NCBI GenBank assembly: GCA_038861395.1
Contig: JAWCDE010000003.1
Coordinates: 3,536 to 67,535, forward strand
Origin: Thermoproteota archaeon
Lineage (GTDB): Archaea > Thermoproteota > EX4484-205 > JAAOZP01
Direction of reading: 5' to 3'
DNA length: 64,000 bases
Shown here: one piece after another, positions 60,384 through 64,000 of the stretch
Position numbering within the stretch: the stretch's first letter is position 1
How the letters are laid out: each line of letters opens with the position of its first letter
Notes under the pieces: generated by a model
What the model was told of the DNA's origin: nothing
The model's database searches: none
The model's input: only the letters and a program-made list of their open reading frames with translations
Program-made: the position numbers and the translations under genes

Positions 60384-61364
60384 TTGAAAAACGGGTTGAG
60401 CGTAATCCTTGGAATAGACATTGGAGCGACGAATACTAGGGTTGCAGTTGCAGATTTAAATGGAAGCATTCTCTTGAAGCATAGCGAGAAAACTGTTAGA
60501 GAATCCGGAATAGGAGTAGTGAATCAGGTGATCAGGATAAGCGATGCTATTCTAAGCTCACTCAGGCTCCGGAGGGAGGATGTTAAAAGTATTGGTGTAG
60601 GCTCGATAGGGCCGCTTGATTTGAAAAAAGGGATGATAGTTAATCCTCCTAATCTTAAAGTAGGTATAATACCAATAGTCGAAGAGATTGGAAAATATTT
60701 CAACGTTCCCGTTAGGCTGTTGAACGATTGCGTTGCAGCAGTCCTAGGTGAAAAAAGATTTGGAGCCGGGAGGAATTTGGAGAACATAGTCTACATCACT
60801 ATAAGTACAGGGATAGGATGTGGAGCGATTGTAGACGGGCACCTCCTCCTAGGTAAGGATGGTAATGCGCACGAGATAGGACATACAGTAGTTGATAAAG
60901 ACGGTTTGCTTACATGCGGTTGCGGAAAGCGAGGACATTGGGAAGCATATTGCAGTGGAAGAGGTATTGTAAACTATTCTAAGGTTCTCCTAGGAGAATG
61001 GGGCATAAAGTTCGATAATTGTTCCCTAAGAAAATACTCTCAGAGCGATGTTTCTAAATTAACCTCTGAAATGCTTTTTAAAGCAGCTAAGGAAGGAGAC
61101 GAGATTGCATTAAAAATCATAGATAAAGTTGGGTTGCTCAATGCAATTGGTTTCGCCAATGCTATAGAGGTTTATGATCCGGAGCTCATAACAGTTGGAG
61201 GGTCAGTGGCTTTTTACAATAGCGAGCTCATACTTAAACCGGTTAGAGAAAAAGTTTCAGAATACGCTATGAATAGACTACCCGAGATAGTTATAACGCC
61301 TCTAGGAGAAGACGTAGTACTCTACGGTGCATTGGCTGCCGCAATAGAAGCCTTTTCCAACTAG
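60384..61364 (+). CDS. ROK-family sugar kinase (glucokinase-like)
   Basis: LGIDIGATNTRVAV (ATP-binding), GIGCGAIVDG, and the zinc motif HTVVDKDGLLTCGCGKRGHWEAYCSG. It has no N-terminal HTH, so it is a kinase rather than a repressor. Confidence 0.85.
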   Translation: MKNGLSVILGIDIGATNTRVAVADLNGSILLKHSEKTVRESGIGVVNQVIRISDAILSSLRLRREDVKSIGVGSIGPLDLKKGMIVNPPNLKVGIIPIVEEIGKYFNVPVRLLNDCVAAVLGEKRFGAGRNLENIVYITISTGIGCGAIVDGHLLLGKDGNAHEIGHTVVDKDGLLTCGCGKRGHWEAYCSGRGIVNYSKVLLGEWGIKFDNCSLRKYSQSDVSKLTSEMLFKAAKEGDEIALKIIDKVGLLNAIGFANAIEVYDPELITVGGSVAFYNSELILKPVREKVSEYAMNRLPEIVITPLGEDVVLYGALAAAIEAFSN

Positions 61365-62857
61365 CGTTTCATAATTCTAAGAGATTTTAAAGTAGATTTT
61401 AAAAATCCTCTAAACTTGTTGTCGATAGCAAGCAGCACAGTAAAATAAACAATGATGCCAAGCAGGATTACTGGCATCAGCGAAACCATAACAATAAATA
61501 TCTGCCCACTTTTAGCTGATTCAGGATATAGAATACAGAGCGTAATAGACATCACTATTCCAGATATTAAAAATCTGAAGATTCTAGAAACATTGAAATG
61601 AAACTTGATGAGCTTTTTAGATGCTTTGAGATAATATGATGTAATAACAATATTTATTAATAAGAAGCAAACCATTGATACCAGAGATATTAGAACGTGC
61701 GAGCTGCCGATATCATGGAGAATTTTAACAGTTAAAGACAGTAATATAATGTAAAAAAGAGAACCCGCAACCTCGATAAGAGGTATCTTCATGAGATATG
61801 ATTCGGCAATCTTTCTCAGAGCGATTTCTTCGTCAGCGTCAACTTTTTCAATGCCTTGGATAACTGCAGAAAAAATTCTTTTAAACACAATAATTGCATA
61901 ACATAGTGAAGCCGCTCTAAGAACATCGTATAATTGTCCGTATTCTCTCCTTAATAAGTATAACATAGGCTCGGCAAGAACAAGCTGTCCAAGCACCATG
62001 GGTATAAGGAACATCAAAACAAGCTCTACAGAATCCTCAATGTCTTTACCTGTTCCACCTGAGAGAAGTTTCGGATAAAGACCTATTGCTAATGCTTCAG
62101 AGAAGCATATCACCATGGCAAAAGTATTTGCTGCTTTGACGTAAGCTACTGGCAGGATAGATCCGGTTATAAATGTTAAAACTAGGACGTCCAACATTTT
62201 TATAAATCCCGGTGCTCTTGAAATTAACGGTACCAAACTCATTTTAAACCATCTGCGTAAATCCTCTAATGAAAAACTCCCCTTTAAGTATTCGGAGAGA
62301 TTAAGAGAATAGTATAGCAATTGTATAAGCAACGCCAAGTCTACCGAAAGAACTGCGCCAAGAAGCAGAACTCTCATATAGCCCATTAATATCGCTCCAA
62401 TAATTACCTTAGAGAATTCGAAAACAAGGATTCCGTAACCAATTACCTGCGGCTTCATCCCTTGGAAAACAGATTCGAGGCTTGAGGTATGGTACATGAT
62501 AACGATCCAAAGCATGAGTGAAAATATCACAGGAATGTCAATGAACACTTGTGAAGAGAAAAGCGGAGAAAGGATTAGAAATAACAATGTTGAAATGATG
62601 GACATAGTGCTATTGAAGAATACTCCAGATTTTACAACCTGTCTTCCTCTTCTCAAATCCCTTACAAGCCAGTAATTTACTATGCACGAAGGAATTAAGA
62701 AATAGGAAATAAGATCGGAGTAGAACTGCCAAGTTCCGAAAGCTTCCTCGCTGAGCCTCCTAGTAACTATTATTGTGAATAATAATCCTGTTACAACTGA
62801 CAATATTTTGGATGCAAAGTTAACCAGCCCCGAGTATCTAAGCCGGATATCTTTCAA
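61361..62857 (-). CDS. oligosaccharide flippase, MOP/Wzx-like polysaccharide biosynthesis protein
   Basis: 498 aa with about 14 TM helices, an N-terminal Wzx-type basic loop, and 4-nt overlap with the ROK kinase stop. Confidence 0.6.
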   Translation of the reverse strand: MKDIRLRYSGLVNFASKILSVVTGLLFTIIVTRRLSEEAFGTWQFYSDLISYFLIPSCIVNYWLVRDLRRGRQVVKSGVFFNSTMSIISTLLFLILSPLFSSQVFIDIPVIFSLMLWIVIMYHTSSLESVFQGMKPQVIGYGILVFEFSKVIIGAILMGYMRVLLLGAVLSVDLALLIQLLYYSLNLSEYLKGSFSLEDLRRWFKMSLVPLISRAPGFIKMLDVLVLTFITGSILPVAYVKAANTFAMVICFSEALAIGLYPKLLSGGTGKDIEDSVELVLMFLIPMVLGQLVLAEPMLYLLRREYGQLYDVLRAASLCYAIIVFKRIFSAVIQGIEKVDADEEIALRKIAESYLMKIPLIEVAGSLFYIILLSLTVKILHDIGSSHVLISLVSMVCFLLINIVITSYYLKASKKLIKFHFNVSRIFRFLISGIVMSITLCILYPESAKSGQIFIVMVSLMPVILLGIIVYFTVLLAIDNKFRGFLKSTLKSLRIMKR

Positions 62858-62923
62858 GACACCTAGGATGGAATAAACCTATTTAAAAACTTATTTTGTT
62901 TTTTTCGCGTTTGCGATAATCAT

Positions 62924-63727
62924 TCAATAACAAAAAACCGTTTCAAGACCCATTTCTTTAGCTGTTTTCAAGACGTTTCTCTTGACTTCATCGTAATATG
63001 GGGATTTTGAAAAAAGTATTCTTTTCCACTCTTCGTAGAGATCAGGATACTTCTGTAATATGACTTTAGAAACCATGCTCCAAACCATTGGCCTAAGGTT
63101 TAGCCTATCCACGTAAACATAGTCCACCCTGGCTTCTTTAAATTTCAAAAACAAGTCTTCAACATTACTATCTGAAAGGAGTGGAAGAACCGGGCCGAAG
63201 AAAACATATGTTCTTAACCCGTTACTTTTCGCAACCCTAATTGCCTCAATCCTTTCCTCAGGCTTTGATGAAAAAGGTTCAAAATCCCTACTTATCTTCT
63301 CATCCATAGTTACTATCGTAACCCCAACTTCATTAGACTTATTCTTACTCAAGAGGTCTAAATCCCTCGTAACCAAGTTTGATTTAGTCTGAATTATTAG
63401 TGGAAAGCTATTTTGAACAAGCATTTCGACTATTCTCCTAGTTAATTCATATTTCTTTTCCATTGGTTGATAGGGGTCTGTCAGAGAGCTCAAATAGACT
63501 CTTCCTATCCTCTTGTTCTTCACCTCTTTGGAGAGGATGCTTACGGCATTAATTTTAACATCTAAGAATTCTCCCCACTCTTCTTTTCTCCCCCTAAGCC
63601 TAAAAGTAATTCCTGCAGCGTAACAATAACGACATCCATGCTGACAGCCAACGTAAGGATTAATGCAATAGTCAGCTATCGCGCTCTTATTGAGAAGCGA
63701 CTTGCACTCTACTTCTCTAACTATCAC
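62924..63727 (-). CDS. radical SAM protein, SplB/COG1533 (spore-photoproduct-lyase-like DNA repair) family
   Basis: GCQHGCRYCYA (Cx3Cx2C) near the N-terminus, and the size and layout of COG1533 proteins. Confidence 0.6.
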   Translation of the reverse strand: MIVREVECKSLLNKSAIADYCINPYVGCQHGCRYCYAAGITFRLRGRKEEWGEFLDVKINAVSILSKEVKNKRIGRVYLSSLTDPYQPMEKKYELTRRIVEMLVQNSFPLIIQTKSNLVTRDLDLLSKNKSNEVGVTIVTMDEKISRDFEPFSSKPEERIEAIRVAKSNGLRTYVFFGPVLPLLSDSNVEDLFLKFKEARVDYVYVDRLNLRPMVWSMVSKVILQKYPDLYEEWKRILFSKSPYYDEVKRNVLKTAKEMGLETVFCY

Positions 63728-63778
63728 TATTATGCAGAAGGCTTTAAATCTTATAAGCTTTCCACGGTCTTTTCTTTC

Positions 63779-64000
63779 TCATAAAAAATCCGGGTCTAGA
63801 ACTTTTCCAGCTAAGAGGTTGAGGCCCGTAGTCTTGATGAGCGTGAGGAAAAACGGTTTCCTCCTAATCAGGTTAAAAAATCCTCTCATCCAGAGCCCTT
63901 TTCTCAATGCTCTTCCAATAGTCTTCTTCCATTTGGAATCGTAAACCTCAGCAAGAAAACCCTCTTCAAAAAAGCCTTCTTCAAGAGCTTTTACGCATGC
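63779..64000 (-). CDS. hypothetical protein, partial (N-terminus beyond window end)
   Basis: The minus-strand frame is open from the window edge and reads ...LEEGFFEEGFLAEVYDSKWKKTIGRALRKGLWMRGFFNLIRRKPFFLTLIKTTGLNLLAGKVLDPDFL before a stop. I prefer it to the antisense 84-aa plus-strand ORF. Confidence 0.35.
   Translation of the reverse strand, partial: ACVKALEEGFFEEGFLAEVYDSKWKKTIGRALRKGLWMRGFFNLIRRKPFFLTLIKTTGLNLLAGKVLDPDFL

Noticed and set aside
63690-63944. Plus-strand 84-aa ORF at window end
   Set aside because: The minus-strand frame is open to the window edge with more protein-like composition, so I prefer the partial minus-strand CDS.

Overview
The window appears to come from an archaeal chromosome, probably a hyperthermophilic member of Thermoproteota (Crenarchaeota-like). 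It is about 43% GC and coding-dense on both strands. Archaeal hallmarks are present: a TrmB-family regulator, archaemetzincin, substrate-binding proteins anchored by a Thr-Pro linker plus C-terminal transmembrane (TM) helix, a serpin, glycoside hydrolase family 12 (GH12), an archaeal-type UppP, and BRE/TATA-like AT-rich promoters. I support about 60 protein-coding features, four of them decayed genes (a phosphotriesterase-like lactonase, a small winged helix-turn-helix (wHTH) regulator, a HEPN-domain gene and a frameshifted EamA transporter). Housekeeping and metabolic genes include rpe (partial), hflX, a bacterial-type GAPDH, a TtuA-like tRNA thiolation protein, iscS-iscU, Fe-ADH, a Gfo/Idh/MocA and TIM-barrel pair, an HD hydrolase, an MBL hydrolase, a DHH phosphoesterase and UppP. 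There is a five-gene Opp/Dpp-type peptide ABC operon and a four-gene sugar ABC operon followed by a ROK glucokinase. Many envelope-glycan genes are present (two sugar-1-P nucleotidyltransferases, GT4, GT2, a Wzx-like flippase, a Glf-like UDP-galactopyranose mutase, and a GT-C-like polytopic membrane protein overlapping a decaprenyl-phosphate phosphoribosyltransferase (DPPR synthase)-like UbiA gene). Glycan-degrading and surface proteins include GH20, a membrane-anchored GH12, and a 1785-aa GH2-like ectodomain fused to an FtsX-type permease. A protease/inhibitor surface cluster holds a 1189-aa C25 gingipain-like peptidase, a coiled-coil anchored protein, DUF192 and a serpin. Toxin-antitoxin-like elements are an AbiEi/AbiEii-like pair, a solo PIN gene and a decayed HEPN gene. 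I found no tRNA, rRNA, CRISPR array, transposase or integrase by eye. The most interesting candidates are (1) a possible lipid-linked furanose or pentose glycosylation system (DPPR-synthase-like UbiA, GT-C-like protein, Glf-like mutase), (2) the giant GH2-FtsX fusion protein with no ATPase partner, and (3) a small accessory islet with decayed genes, an AbiE-like pair and a radical SAM enzyme.
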